Assembly (NCBI GenBank): GCA_018992565.1
Contig: JACVGW010000009.1
Span: 1-57,311 of the forward strand
Length of the DNA: 57,311 nucleotides
Reading direction: 5' to 3'
Origin: Theionarchaea archaeon
Lineage (GTDB): Archaea > Methanobacteriota_B > Thermococci > Methanofastidiosales > SZ-28-30
Part shown: in pieces, positions 8,403 to 18,570 of the stretch
Position numbering within the stretch: position 1 is the first letter of the stretch
Layout of the letters: the number at the start of each line of letters is the position of its first letter
The notes under the pieces: generated by a model
Databases searched by the model: none
What the model saw: only the letters and a program-made list of their open reading frames with translations
Told to the model about the DNA's origin: nothing
Program-made: the position numbers and the translations under genes

Positions 8403-10658
8403 ATGAAAGGGCTCATACTTCATCCCACCTACAGAACCCACGGCGGAAAGTCATTTGTCCACGTGTACGGCAGGCTGGAAAACGGGGAATCATTCCTTGC
8501 TATTAATGAGTTTCGTCCCTACTTCTATATCAAGAGGTCAGACTTACATGCTGCCCTCAATGTGGAGCCACTGGAATTTAAAGAGACTGACATGAAAACA
8601 TTTTCAGGAGATCTGGTGGTCAGAATTTTCACACAATACCCCAAGGAGGTTGCTGATCTCAGAAGAACTCTGGAAAAGAAAGGCATTGAATGTTTTGAGG
8701 CTGATATTCGCTTCGCGTATAGGTTTCTTATTGATTATGATTTGAGGGGGTTCTGTAATGTTGAAGGTGAATACAGGAAAGGAGAACGGGTGGACAGGAT
8801 CTATGAGAATCCACAGGTGACTCCGGCGGAACCCTGCGATATCCCTGTCACTACAGTGTCACTGGATATTGAGGTAGATGAATCCACAGGGGAAATAGTA
8901 TGCGTCACGTTGTATGATGGTGAGTACTGCACCTTCTTGCTGAACCAGCATTGCGAGAAGGCGGTGACCTGTACCTCTGAGGTAGAACTGCTGGGAAGAC
9001 TGAAAGAAGCACTGCTGGAACACGATCCTGATATTATCACAGGATGGAATGTGGTGGATTTTGACCTGAAGTATATACAGGACCGATTCAGGCATTACGG
9101 GCTCACCTTTGATGCAGGAAGATCGGGAAGCTCTACCAGGTTCAGAGTGGAATCTTCATTTATCAGGGCATCACGTGCTACTATTGATGGAAGAATGGTT
9201 CTCGATGCCATGCATCTCTTGAGGGATTTTTTTATAAAATTAGAGGACTACAAATTAGACACAGCAGGAAAAGCAATCCTGGGAGAGGGGAAGGTAGACA
9301 TTGAAAAGGATATAGCTAAGGTCTGGAAAGAAACACCTTCTCTCCTGGTGGAATACAACCAAAAGGACACCAGGCTCGTGTATGATATCATTTGCAAGAA
9401 ACATCTCATTGAGCTGGCCACGAGAATGACAGGTATCACAGGTCTGCAGCTGGATAGAGTGAAGGCGGCCATTGCTTCTCTGGACTCACTGTACCTGAGA
9501 GAGTCCCGGAAGAAGGGGATTGTGTGCCCCTCTGTGTCAGGAGGGAGCAGAAAGCGAGTGACCGGTGGGCTGGTACAGGAACCTAAATACGGCATATATG
9601 AGTATGTGCTCCTCTTTGATTTCAAGAGCCTGTATCCATCTATCATGGCAACCTTCAACATCGATCCCTTAACCTATACAGAGAAGGAAACTTCGATAAG
9701 AGCACCTAATGGGGCTTATTTTATGGAAGAGCCGGGTATTCTCCCCGAGATCATTCTGACCCTTCTGGAACGGAGAGGACAGGCTTCAATTTACGAGGAG
9801 CAGTATGCCATTAAGATCATAATGAATTCTCTGTTTGGTGTCCTGGGAAACCCCAATTGCAGGTTTTATAACTCACGGATCGCCAATGCCATCACATCTT
9901 TTGGCCGATATTTCCTGGAAGAAACCACAGAAAAAGTGAAAGCCATGGACTATGAGGTCATCTACGGGGACACGGATTCTGTATTTGTCGTCTCCAGGGC
10001 GAAATCCATGGAAGAGGCCACAGCCATGGGGCAGGCAATTGAAAAGACTATCAATGAGTTTTATGATGGATACGTCAGGGAGAATTACAATAGGAAGAAT
10101 TACCTTATGCTGGAGCTGGAACAGGCGTACGAGAAGTTCTTACTGCCAAGACAGCGTCATGAAAAGAGAGGGGCTAAGAAACGGTATGCAGGGTACCATA
10201 ATGGGGAAATCGACATTGTGGGATTGGAATACGTCAGGAGGGACTGGACTGAACTGGCAAGGGAGTTCCAGTACACCATGCTAAAAAAGGTGTTTACAGG
10301 AGAGAATTTTGAAGAATACATCAGAAAAACAGTCAAAGAGCTGAAAGCTGGTAACCTGGATCATCTCCTCATCTATAAGAAGGGCGTCAGGAAGGACCTG
10401 GGTGAATATACCAAGACCACTCCTCCTCATGTTAAAGCAGCTCGCAAGATGGATGGGTTTTCTGACAGGATCATCTCATACGTGATGACCAAACGGGGTC
10501 CCGAGCCAGTGGACAACCACCCTGCACGCATTGATTATGACCACTATGTGGAGAAACAGCTCAAGCCCATAGCCAACAGCATTCTGCACTTCTACGACAG
10601 GAGTTTTTCTGATGTAGTTACAGGGAAAAGACAGACAAGTCTTGAACATTTCATGTAG
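8403..10658 (+). CDS. polB: Family B DNA polymerase (Pol II-like) with C-terminal PIP box
   Basis: Exonuclease motifs DIE, 'GWNVVDFD', 'YNQKD'. Polymerase motifs 'DFKSLYPS', 'KIIMNSLFG', 'YGDTDS'. C-terminal 'QTSLEHFM'. Confidence 0.93.
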   Translation: MKGLILHPTYRTHGGKSFVHVYGRLENGESFLAINEFRPYFYIKRSDLHAALNVEPLEFKETDMKTFSGDLVVRIFTQYPKEVADLRRTLEKKGIECFEADIRFAYRFLIDYDLRGFCNVEGEYRKGERVDRIYENPQVTPAEPCDIPVTTVSLDIEVDESTGEIVCVTLYDGEYCTFLLNQHCEKAVTCTSEVELLGRLKEALLEHDPDIITGWNVVDFDLKYIQDRFRHYGLTFDAGRSGSSTRFRVESSFIRASRATIDGRMVLDAMHLLRDFFIKLEDYKLDTAGKAILGEGKVDIEKDIAKVWKETPSLLVEYNQKDTRLVYDIICKKHLIELATRMTGITGLQLDRVKAAIASLDSLYLRESRKKGIVCPSVSGGSRKRVTGGLVQEPKYGIYEYVLLFDFKSLYPSIMATFNIDPLTYTEKETSIRAPNGAYFMEEPGILPEIILTLLERRGQASIYEEQYAIKIIMNSLFGVLGNPNCRFYNSRIANAITSFGRYFLEETTEKVKAMDYEVIYGDTDSVFVVSRAKSMEEATAMGQAIEKTINEFYDGYVRENYNRKNYLMLELEQAYEKFLLPRQRHEKRGAKKRYAGYHNGEIDIVGLEYVRRDWTELAREFQYTMLKKVFTGENFEEYIRKTVKELKAGNLDHLLIYKKGVRKDLGEYTKTTPPHVKAARKMDGFSDRIISYVMTKRGPEPVDNHPARIDYDHYVEKQLKPIANSILHFYDRSFSDVVTGKRQTSLEHFM

Positions 10659-10834
10659 GAGAATGAGAATATCCCTCTCACAAGTGCTATGACTCCTATG
10701 AGAGCACGCAGGTGGGTGCAGCACATGAAATTCCAGGTTTATTTCCCATTACAGGCGTTAGAACATATCTAATTTTAGGTTCGGACACTTGTCCCCGGAA
10801 ACCTTTATAAGTCAGAAGCTCCACGTCCTCACTT

Positions 10835-12718
10835 ATGAAACGAATCTACATTGTGTGTTTTATCCTGTTATTCTCCTTATGGACACCAATGTATGCTGAG
10901 GATCAGCATCAGGCCACCATTACGGCGCCTGCGGTGGAGAGGACAGCTGATGGGCTGCGAGGAGTACTCTCCTACATGACTGTGGTCACCCAGCAAGGGT
11001 CAGGGCATATATACATTGATACCTGGCCACTGGCTGAAGTGGATATCCAGGGTTCAGCCCGGCTGGCAGTTCAGGTGGCCTGTGACGTTGTCCATAAGAA
11101 CCGAGAGCAGTATGACTTCTTCATTACGGTGCGCTCTGATTCACCCATTATTGGGGGCCCATCGGCCGGAGGAGCCATGACAGTAGCAATCATTGCCTCA
11201 CTGCAAGGGTGGGAACTCAGTACTGATGTCGTCATGTCCGGCACTATTAACCCTGATGAAACAGTTGGCCCTGTAGGAGGGTTGTATCAGAAAGCTCAGG
11301 CTGCTTCTGAAGTAGCTCATACGTTCTTGGTCCCTGACGGTCAGACCACCATCGTTGTTGAAGAGCAGACGGTCAAGCAACAGGGCCCATTCACCTATGT
11401 TACAACCAGTCAGAAGCAACTGGATCTGGTAGAAGAAGGAAAGACCATGGGGCTCCAGGTAGAAGAAGTATATGATATCAGAGAAGCAGTCTATTACTTC
11501 ACGGGGCATGAAATTGAGACTCCCCAAGTGGAGGCTGAACCCATGAAAGCGGATTTCATGAAACCCTACGCACAACAACAGGTAGAGAGAATTGAAGATG
11601 AGTATGAATCAGTGAATGACAGTGTTCAGGAGTATACAGGTTCGTACAAAGGAGACCTGCAGCGTGTGCTGGAGTCTGCACAGGAACAGATTTCGTTTTC
11701 TCATACAACCTATGATGCTGGCAACTACTACACCTCTATGAGTGCCAGTTATGTAGCAGGGCTGTACATCACCTATGCACGGAATTTGCTGTTGTACTTT
11801 GAAAATCCGTCAGTGGAAGAGATCTTCTCTGACCTTACTCGTGAGATCGACAGTGTCTATACAATGACTACTGAAGAACATCCATACGGTATGACTGCTC
11901 TCCAGTGTATTGCTGCTGCACAGAACCGCATCTTTGAAGCGCGAGAATATGTGAAGAGAGCTCAGGGACAACAGTCAGCCTTCAGCCAGATCGAATATGC
12001 TTCGTATGCTGAAAGGAGGATGGAGAGTGCCGAATACTGGCTTGAACTGGCCGAGGAGTATCAGGATGGGAGTGAGATAAGTCAGGAGGTTCTACGTAAT
12101 GCTGCTTCTTCCATGCTGAATACAGCAGAACTCTCCCTGGTGTATGCATCATCTATCCTCTCAACAGGTGACCTCCTGAATGAGGCCCAATCCAGGCTGC
12201 AGAATGCACAGGAACAATTCGTGGAGGAAGTGTATGCAGCTTCCCTGTTTTCGGCTGTGGAAAGCAGAGTCTACTGTGAAGTAGCTTTGATCTCCTATTC
12301 TGCTCAGGATGAAGCGCTGGACCAGAAAGTGGATAGAGCACGAGAACGCGCCACAAAGGCAATAGAAACGTCCCGACAGCAGGGCATTGAACCCGTTCTG
12401 GCAGTGAGTTTCTATGAACTGACCCAGTCCATAGATGACCCTACACAATCGTTGATCTATCTGGGATATGCTGAGGAAGTGGCCTCAATGGCCAAGTACA
12501 TAGAGGCACAACCTTCTCTTTCAGTGGTCACCGGAGAACCTTCAGAAGGAGGCAGCACATCAGGGTCTGGTACAGAATCATCAACTCCAGAACTTCCAGA
12601 GAGTGAGCCTGCGCAACAGAATGACAGCTCTGTGGGGACTCTCGGGATCCTGGGAGCTGGAATAGTAATCGGGATACTTGGCTCCTGGTTCGTGATGAGG
12701 TTAGCACACAGACAATGA
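10835..12718 (+). CDS. Secreted, membrane-anchored Lon-like (S16) serine protease
   Basis: Signal peptide; 'GGPSAGGAM' catalytic Ser; 'GPVGGLYQKA' Lys; no AAA domain; S/T/E linker and C-terminal TM. Confidence 0.85.
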   Translation: MKRIYIVCFILLFSLWTPMYAEDQHQATITAPAVERTADGLRGVLSYMTVVTQQGSGHIYIDTWPLAEVDIQGSARLAVQVACDVVHKNREQYDFFITVRSDSPIIGGPSAGGAMTVAIIASLQGWELSTDVVMSGTINPDETVGPVGGLYQKAQAASEVAHTFLVPDGQTTIVVEEQTVKQQGPFTYVTTSQKQLDLVEEGKTMGLQVEEVYDIREAVYYFTGHEIETPQVEAEPMKADFMKPYAQQQVERIEDEYESVNDSVQEYTGSYKGDLQRVLESAQEQISFSHTTYDAGNYYTSMSASYVAGLYITYARNLLLYFENPSVEEIFSDLTREIDSVYTMTTEEHPYGMTALQCIAAAQNRIFEAREYVKRAQGQQSAFSQIEYASYAERRMESAEYWLELAEEYQDGSEISQEVLRNAASSMLNTAELSLVYASSILSTGDLLNEAQSRLQNAQEQFVEEVYAASLFSAVESRVYCEVALISYSAQDEALDQKVDRARERATKAIETSRQQGIEPVLAVSFYELTQSIDDPTQSLIYLGYAEEVASMAKYIEAQPSLSVVTGEPSEGGSTSGSGTESSTPELPESEPAQQNDSSVGTLGILGAGIVIGILGSWFVMRLAHRQ

Positions 12719-13022
12719 TTGGCCGCCAAGATTCACTCCATCTCAGGTATTTTTCTGTTCCTTTTTGGTTTTGGTTTCTTGAATTACTGATGATGAACTT
12801 TTTTGAAGTACTGGTAATGAGTGGTGATTTCGGGTTTACACTAAATGATACACACCAAATGATTAAATCATGGAAAGCTCCAAAAGAAATGGAAGTGAGA
12901 TTGAAGCCCGATCTCGAGGTTGAACGGGGGCACCAGTTGAGTTCATGGGGACGGCTCTCCCTCACTTCCTTCAATTCAGGGTTCCAGCAGTATCATGAGT
13001 TGAAAAAGAGAAGAGGGAGAGA

Positions 13023-14126
13023 CTACTCCATTGATTCAAATCGGTTCTTGAATCTCTCCAGTACCTTGGGGAGAGTGGTGTACTCCATATCTTCCTGCGG
13101 CAACCTGTGTGGTTCAAATGGTCCATGCCTGCGCATGTAGTCTGCAATCTTCTGAGCTTGCCTCCTTGTCCTGTCAAAGGCAGGATCATCAAACAGGTCA
13201 ACAGGTCCTATGAGGGTTCCACCAGAGCACTGGAATCCCAGCGCCACCACACGGGGTGGTCCATCAAACCGGGTACATCGAGCACTTCTTTGCGCTACAG
13301 GCATAATGGGCCCATTGTGGCTTCCTCTCATCCATCCCGACACCAGATGGGGGAACGCAAAGGGTTCCAGGACTTCACCTAGGGCGGGTAGCCCGGATTG
13401 AGCCCTCACAATTGCTACAGGATCATCCTTACCTACATACTCACCTGCTATTAATGACAGCTTTTCTGTGCTGATACAGGCAACCGGTTCATCTGCAGGA
13501 AGTTTTCCTCCCTGTTTGGGATAGACTCTCTTTATCACATATCGGGACTTTGCCCCAATCAAAGCCAGCATGTCATACATCTCTTCCGGACAGGACATCA
13601 TGACTTTTTTATGTTCTTTAATGTCCCACACTTCAAACCTGAATCCCTGATGGAAGGAAGGGTCAATGATGAGCCCAGCGGTACTGAAGGGATCTGCAAA
13701 CATTCGAAATATGGGAAGGTTGAAGGCTCCCGGTTCAGTTTTGTCCATTAAAAAGGTTACGACCGGTTCTGCTTTTCTTTCTGTAAATTCTATCTCTGCA
13801 ATTCCGGGGCCCATTCCTCGGATATTGCCTGAGAATGCATCTTTTAACAGATCCTGTCCTGCTCCATAGAGTCTGAGTTCTTTTGCTCTGTTGGCAGCTT
13901 TTTCAAATGTGTCCCACGCTAGCTGATGGATCTTGTCTGAGTCCACCCCATGGTGATGAGTCATGATCAACTCCAGGTCATCTCCGCAGTTGGTCACTAC
14001 ATAGTCTATGAGAAGGTCGGTCTCTTTCAGTGCCTTTTCTGCTGTTTTGATCAGATCTGGATGAACAACAGCATGTCCCGGACACGAGCCAACATCAGCT
14101 TTAATGAGAGATATGGTCGTTTTCAT
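13023..14126 (-). CDS. fbp: Bifunctional fructose-1,6-bisphosphate aldolase/phosphatase
   Basis: 'SLIKADVG', 'YGAGQDLL', 'DKTEPGAFN', 'YVGKDDP', 'GWMRGSH', 'EYTTLP'. Confidence 0.96.
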   Translation of the reverse strand: MKTTISLIKADVGSCPGHAVVHPDLIKTAEKALKETDLLIDYVVTNCGDDLELIMTHHHGVDSDKIHQLAWDTFEKAANRAKELRLYGAGQDLLKDAFSGNIRGMGPGIAEIEFTERKAEPVVTFLMDKTEPGAFNLPIFRMFADPFSTAGLIIDPSFHQGFRFEVWDIKEHKKVMMSCPEEMYDMLALIGAKSRYVIKRVYPKQGGKLPADEPVACISTEKLSLIAGEYVGKDDPVAIVRAQSGLPALGEVLEPFAFPHLVSGWMRGSHNGPIMPVAQRSARCTRFDGPPRVVALGFQCSGGTLIGPVDLFDDPAFDRTRRQAQKIADYMRRHGPFEPHRLPQEDMEYTTLPKVLERFKNRFESME

Positions 14127-14270
14127 ATATGCCCTACCTAGACAGGTAATATAAATCTTATGCATTAACGTGAGGAATGAGACCACCCAGCCCTTTCGCT
14201 ACGATTTCATTGATTGTCACGAGCTGATATTATCAAAGGAAAAAAGAGGGTAAAAGAGGAAATGAAATGA

Positions 14271-14729
14271 TTACTTCTGCATGATCTCCAGGACTTCCCC
14301 AATATCAGGAAGCTGAGAAATTGGATAGACCTTGACCATGACTACCTTCTGATCTTCATCAATTACCACATTTGCCCGTTCAGAAAATCCATCCTTCTCC
14401 CTGAACAGCCCATACTTTCCTGAGACTTCACCATGGGGCCAGAAATCGGATAGTAGTTGAATGTTCCTGATTCCGAGATGATCTGCCCAGGCCTTCTTGC
14501 AGGGAACACTATCCACACTCAGCCCGAATGCTCTTGCATGTGCTTTCTCAAGTACATGCCAGTGCTGTTCCAGAGATTTCATCTGCTCTGCACACACCTT
14601 CGTCCAGGCCAGAGGATGGAAGGACAGGAGTACCTTGTTCCCTCTGTTATGAGATAGCTGTATCTCTTTTCCATTCTGGTCTTTTAATGCAAAATCGGGC
14701 GCCTGATCGCCAGGGTTGATTAATGTCAT
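14271..14729 (-). CDS. Peroxiredoxin (AhpE/BCP-like)
   Basis: 'APDFALKDQNG', PxxxTxxC ('PLAWTKVC'), 'LSDFWPHG', 'SERA'. Confidence 0.9.
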   Translation of the reverse strand: MTLINPGDQAPDFALKDQNGKEIQLSHNRGNKVLLSFHPLAWTKVCAEQMKSLEQHWHVLEKAHARAFGLSVDSVPCKKAWADHLGIRNIQLLSDFWPHGEVSGKYGLFREKDGFSERANVVIDEDQKVVMVKVYPISQLPDIGEVLEIMQK

Positions 14730-14737
14730 GGCATCAC

Positions 14738-15574
14738 CTATATAGGCAGTAGATTCCTCATTCTATTGATCCTCTCCTCTCTCCTGAGAGAGTCTCTCAC
14801 CGGATTTCCTCCCCCATACAGCTCCTTGTGATATACTGGCTTTTCCACCTGATAGAACACTCCAATATACAATGGATTTTGAATCCGGGCTGTACTAATA
14901 GCTTTTTCCAGTGTATCTGGCGTCTCCTCAAGTATTTTCACCTGTTCATTATACAGCCTGTAGGTATCATTATACGTCACACATGGCTGAAGTACCTCTA
15001 CCAGCGAGAATCCTTCATGTTCTACTGCCTTGACTACCATGTCTGCCAGATGAGCAATCTTCCCCGAATAGGATCGTGCAACAAAGGTGGCCCCTGTCTC
15101 CAGGATTACAGCCAGAGGATTCAACGGGTCTTCTACACTCCCCTCAGGTGTGGACCCTCCTTTGAACCCTTTCTTGCTGGTGGGGGTGAACTGGCCTGTT
15201 GTCAATCCATATACCTTATTGTCATGAACCACCACCGTAATGTCTGCATTCCTTTTGGCAGCAAAGAGCACGTGGGCAAGGCCTTCACCATATGCATCGC
15301 CATCTCCCACAAAGGTCATAACCTTCAAATCAGGGTTGGCAACCTTCATACCCTCCACAGTGGCTATGGACCTCCCGTGAATGGAATAGAACCCACTGAT
15401 CCTCAGGTAGTCAAAGATTTTCCCGTGACATCCAATCCCCGCAGACATCATCAACCTATCTGCACCAACTCCTCTCTCAGAGAGTATTTTCACTGCTCTC
15501 GTCACTGCATTCATTATGCCAAAATTCCCACATCCGGGGCACCAGGTGTTCTCCGCGTATGTTCCAAGTTCCAC
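14738..15574 (-). CDS. korB: 2-oxoacid:ferredoxin oxidoreductase beta subunit (substrate unknown)
   Basis: 'WCPGCG', 'GIGCHG', TPP motif 'GDGD...DN', 'QPCVTYN'. Confidence 0.9.
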   Translation of the reverse strand: MELGTYAENTWCPGCGNFGIMNAVTRAVKILSERGVGADRLMMSAGIGCHGKIFDYLRISGFYSIHGRSIATVEGMKVANPDLKVMTFVGDGDAYGEGLAHVLFAAKRNADITVVVHDNKVYGLTTGQFTPTSKKGFKGGSTPEGSVEDPLNPLAVILETGATFVARSYSGKIAHLADMVVKAVEHEGFSLVEVLQPCVTYNDTYRLYNEQVKILEETPDTLEKAISTARIQNPLYIGVFYQVEKPVYHKELYGGGNPVRDSLRREERINRMRNLLPI

Positions 15575-17229
15575 TACACCACCTCCTTTATACGTGATGC
15601 CAGTTCCTGTGGATCAAAAGGTCTCCCGTCATACTTTGTGATGACCTCGGAATCAACCCGGGCTTTCTCCTTCAAGAGGGTGGCAAATTGCCCTGTTGAG
15701 CTCTGCTCTATCACCAGAGCTGTATCGTACCCTGCGAACTCCCACACAGGGAAGGGTCTCAGGTACACTGGCTGCACGACGGTGGCATCAATGTCCCCTG
15801 CTCTCAATGCTTCCAGAACACTCATAGTGGTGCTCCCATAGGTCATGATAACAGGATATCCCGGGTTATACACATTCACTGTCGTGATAGTCTTCATGTA
15901 TGCTGTTAATGTCTCCAGTTTCTTCTTTCGCTTGTCATGCATGGCTGCGATTCTCTCTGCTTTGTCTGTCGTGATTCCGAGTTCATCATGTTCATAGCTG
16001 TTCCACTTTATTACTTCAGATGAGGGTGGAAACAGCAGGGGAGAAATCCCATCATCCGTGATCGTGTATCTCTTATATTCACCTGAGCCATGGGAGGAAA
16101 AATCTGCCCATGCTGCTCTTTCTGGATCAATAGTGACTGTATGACTGCTTTCTGAGAGGTGCTTGTCCAGAACAAGCGTCCCGGGAGTCTGGAATTTCCA
16201 TACCAGCATCAGTAATTCTGCTGCTACGTAGTAAGTTTCTTCAACACTCCCCGGGGCTGCAACAATCCTGGGGAATTCCCCATGACCCTGGTTCAAGGCA
16301 AAGTGTAGATCTCCCTGCTCCGTATAGGTGGGAACTCCTGTTGAAGGACCACTCCTGGAGGAGAGAACAAATACTACAGGTGCTTCAGTCATTCCGGCCA
16401 GTGAGTAGGTTTCTTCCATGAGAGCAAGCCCCCCTCCACTTGATCCCACCATGGTCTTCGCTCCTGCGAATGCAGCCCCCACTGCCATGTTGGCCACGGC
16501 AATCTCGTTCTCAGGGTGAATAGCCACCACCTGCAGATCCTTCGTATGTCCTGCCAGAAAGTGGAGGATAGAGGTAGAAGGAGTCATGGGATAGGCGAAA
16601 TATATGTCCAGTCCTGCACTGTAAGCACCCAGGGCTGCTGCCTGGTTTCCCGTCAGCACAGACGAGGTATGCTCTCCTCTTTCCAGATGGAGTTTTCCCA
16701 TCACTTCTGAAGGAATCAACTCATAAACTGCCCTGGCGTAGTCAATATTCTTCTCAACTTCCCGGGGATATTCCATTCTTATAATGTCCTCCAGCTGGTC
16801 TAGAGATACGCCAATGGCAGCAGCCAGCACTGTCACAGAACCCACACCCATTCTCAACATGGTGTTGGGAGGATACTTTCTGGCTTCTGTTGTCATGGGT
16901 ATTCCTATGCCTCTCACATCTTCTCCAACCTCATCAGAATTATATACCACAATTCCTTCTGGCTTTACCTGAGACTGGTGTTCTGCGTAGCTTCTCTCGT
17001 CATGAAGTACCAGGAGATCGGCCTTCATATAGTGACTGGTGATGACGTCTGCTGCTGTGCTCACAACAGTAAAATTGTGACCTCCCCTGATGAGACTCGG
17101 GTAGTCGTCCATTTCAAAAGCAGCTCTGCCCATCCGTGAAAACATGTTCATAGCCACGGTTCCAGCCTTTTTCACACCTTCACCTGCTTTACCACCCACT
17201 AGGTAGGTAAATACTTCATCTTTTTTCAT
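15574..17229 (-). CDS. korA: 2-oxoacid:ferredoxin oxidoreductase alpha (gamma-alpha fusion) subunit
   Basis: 'GGKAGEG', 'YPSLIRGGHN', 'YPMTPST', 'SGGGLALM', 'RSGPSTGVPT'. Confidence 0.9.
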   Translation of the reverse strand: MKKDEVFTYLVGGKAGEGVKKAGTVAMNMFSRMGRAAFEMDDYPSLIRGGHNFTVVSTAADVITSHYMKADLLVLHDERSYAEHQSQVKPEGIVVYNSDEVGEDVRGIGIPMTTEARKYPPNTMLRMGVGSVTVLAAAIGVSLDQLEDIIRMEYPREVEKNIDYARAVYELIPSEVMGKLHLERGEHTSSVLTGNQAAALGAYSAGLDIYFAYPMTPSTSILHFLAGHTKDLQVVAIHPENEIAVANMAVGAAFAGAKTMVGSSGGGLALMEETYSLAGMTEAPVVFVLSSRSGPSTGVPTYTEQGDLHFALNQGHGEFPRIVAAPGSVEETYYVAAELLMLVWKFQTPGTLVLDKHLSESSHTVTIDPERAAWADFSSHGSGEYKRYTITDDGISPLLFPPSSEVIKWNSYEHDELGITTDKAERIAAMHDKRKKKLETLTAYMKTITTVNVYNPGYPVIMTYGSTTMSVLEALRAGDIDATVVQPVYLRPFPVWEFAGYDTALVIEQSSTGQFATLLKEKARVDSEVITKYDGRPFDPQELASRIKEVV

Positions 17230-17270
17230 AGTATCACCTTCAGGACGAAAAAAGTGTAGGTGCCCGTTTC

Positions 17271-18101
17271 CTATATCAGCCCTGCAGAGAGTATCCCGGA
17301 TGCAGCCGTGACGATAAGCAGCACAAGTGTCACTCTACTGAACCATATGTGCATCCCGCGAATTCCCGGACTGGGAGGTCTCCTTTTCAATGACACCATT
17401 CCCACTACAGGAGTCAGAATGGCAAGGAGAAGAGTCACTATTCCCAGATACGCGTGGTACACTCTGAAATGAGGCCCTCCACGTGCAGATACCATGTACA
17501 ATGCCAGTAACAGACCCACTACAACGAGAATGACACCCAGGACTCCCACTGCTTTGTGAACACGCAACCAGGATGTCTTTGGCGTCTTGTTCATTGCACT
17601 GGTGGCTGCCACAAGTGCCAGTACCAGCCCCGACACCATTAGTGCTGCATGAAATGGCCAGAATTCAGGGACAGCAGTCACAGTGAGAGGTCCACCAATA
17701 ATCAGCGATCCAGAAATAGACCCTCCCAGGTTACAGTCAGCTGTCACTTCCACAGTGTCTCCAGGACGAGCAGGCAGAAGAAATTCATACGTAAATTGGG
17801 AATCAGTGGGCTGGCTTTCGTATTCATAGGTTGCCACAGTGCCATTCAGGCTGACGTGTATCAGGTTCACGTAGTGGGTTGCAGGGTCGGATACTCTATG
17901 CGAGAGCGTGACCCGTAGTGTCTGGGAATCTGCGTCATAGTCAAGCACAATGTCAGAAGGTGGATGAGCCAGCACAGGTAACACTGTGACCAGAAAGGCA
18001 AGACACAGAATACTCAACACACGTTGCAGCCGGGGAGAAGGCTTCGACCTACCTGTCTGATACACAGATGATTTCCTGCCGAATACAGAATGTTGATTCA
18101 T
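17271..18101 (-). CDS. Extracytoplasmic His/Cys beta domain fused to a cytochrome b561-like 4-TM domain
   Basis: Signal-like segment, then 'HPPS...H.V.DP..HY...DCN'. Four TMs each carry a His (PFHAAL, RVHKAVG, YHAYLG, MHIWFSR). Confidence 0.6.
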   Translation of the reverse strand: MNQHSVFGRKSSVYQTGRSKPSPRLQRVLSILCLAFLVTVLPVLAHPPSDIVLDYDADSQTLRVTLSHRVSDPATHYVNLIHVSLNGTVATYEYESQPTDSQFTYEFLLPARPGDTVEVTADCNLGGSISGSLIIGGPLTVTAVPEFWPFHAALMVSGLVLALVAATSAMNKTPKTSWLRVHKAVGVLGVILVVVGLLLALYMVSARGGPHFRVYHAYLGIVTLLLAILTPVVGMVSLKRRPPSPGIRGMHIWFSRVTLVLLIVTAASGILSAGLI

Positions 18102-18114
18102 GTGACCCTCCGTA

Positions 18115-18402
18115 TCACTTCTTCTCTGTGAGTTCTTCCACTTCCTGCCGTCCTTCTTCCAGCTCTCGCACCTGTTCCTCGTCCATTCTCAGCAGCATGG
18201 TCTGGAACTCTCCGACGTGAGTCTTTTCTTCCCCTGCAATGTCCAGGAGAATCGTCTTGATATCCTCATCCTTGGCCATTGCAGCCATTTGTTCGTACAG
18301 GTTTATGGCATCTAATTCTGCAATCACTGCTGCCCTCAAAATTTCTTTATCCAGGTCTTCTCTTTTCACTTTGTCCAAATTAATTGGTATTGCTGACAAC
18401 AT
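18115..18402 (-). CDS. Ferritin-like (half-rubrerythrin/EncFtn-type) protein
   Basis: 'RAAVIAELDAINLYEQMA...DIAGEEKTHVGEF' diiron motif. Confidence 0.88.
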   Translation of the reverse strand: MLSAIPINLDKVKREDLDKEILRAAVIAELDAINLYEQMAAMAKDEDIKTILLDIAGEEKTHVGEFQTMLLRMDEEQVRELEEGRQEVEELTEKK

Positions 18403-18570
18403 TTTCTTCCTCCTACTGTGATATAAACATCCATCGTTTTAAACTTTCTCATGATTATTCTGCAGAAGACGCTCTTTTCAAAAATAGTGACGTTACTTGA
18501 TAGGGTTTGGAGCATAATAGCAGGCCAAAAGTCTTTTGCCAGATACATCCCGGTGTCTCACCGCAACAGT

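Noticed and set aside
12528..13140. ORFs 12528-12974 (-) and 12715-13140 (+)
   Set aside because: Overlap real genes antisense; no motifs or RBS.
14828..15841. 337-aa plus-strand ORF
   Set aside because: Antisense shadow of the OFOR genes.
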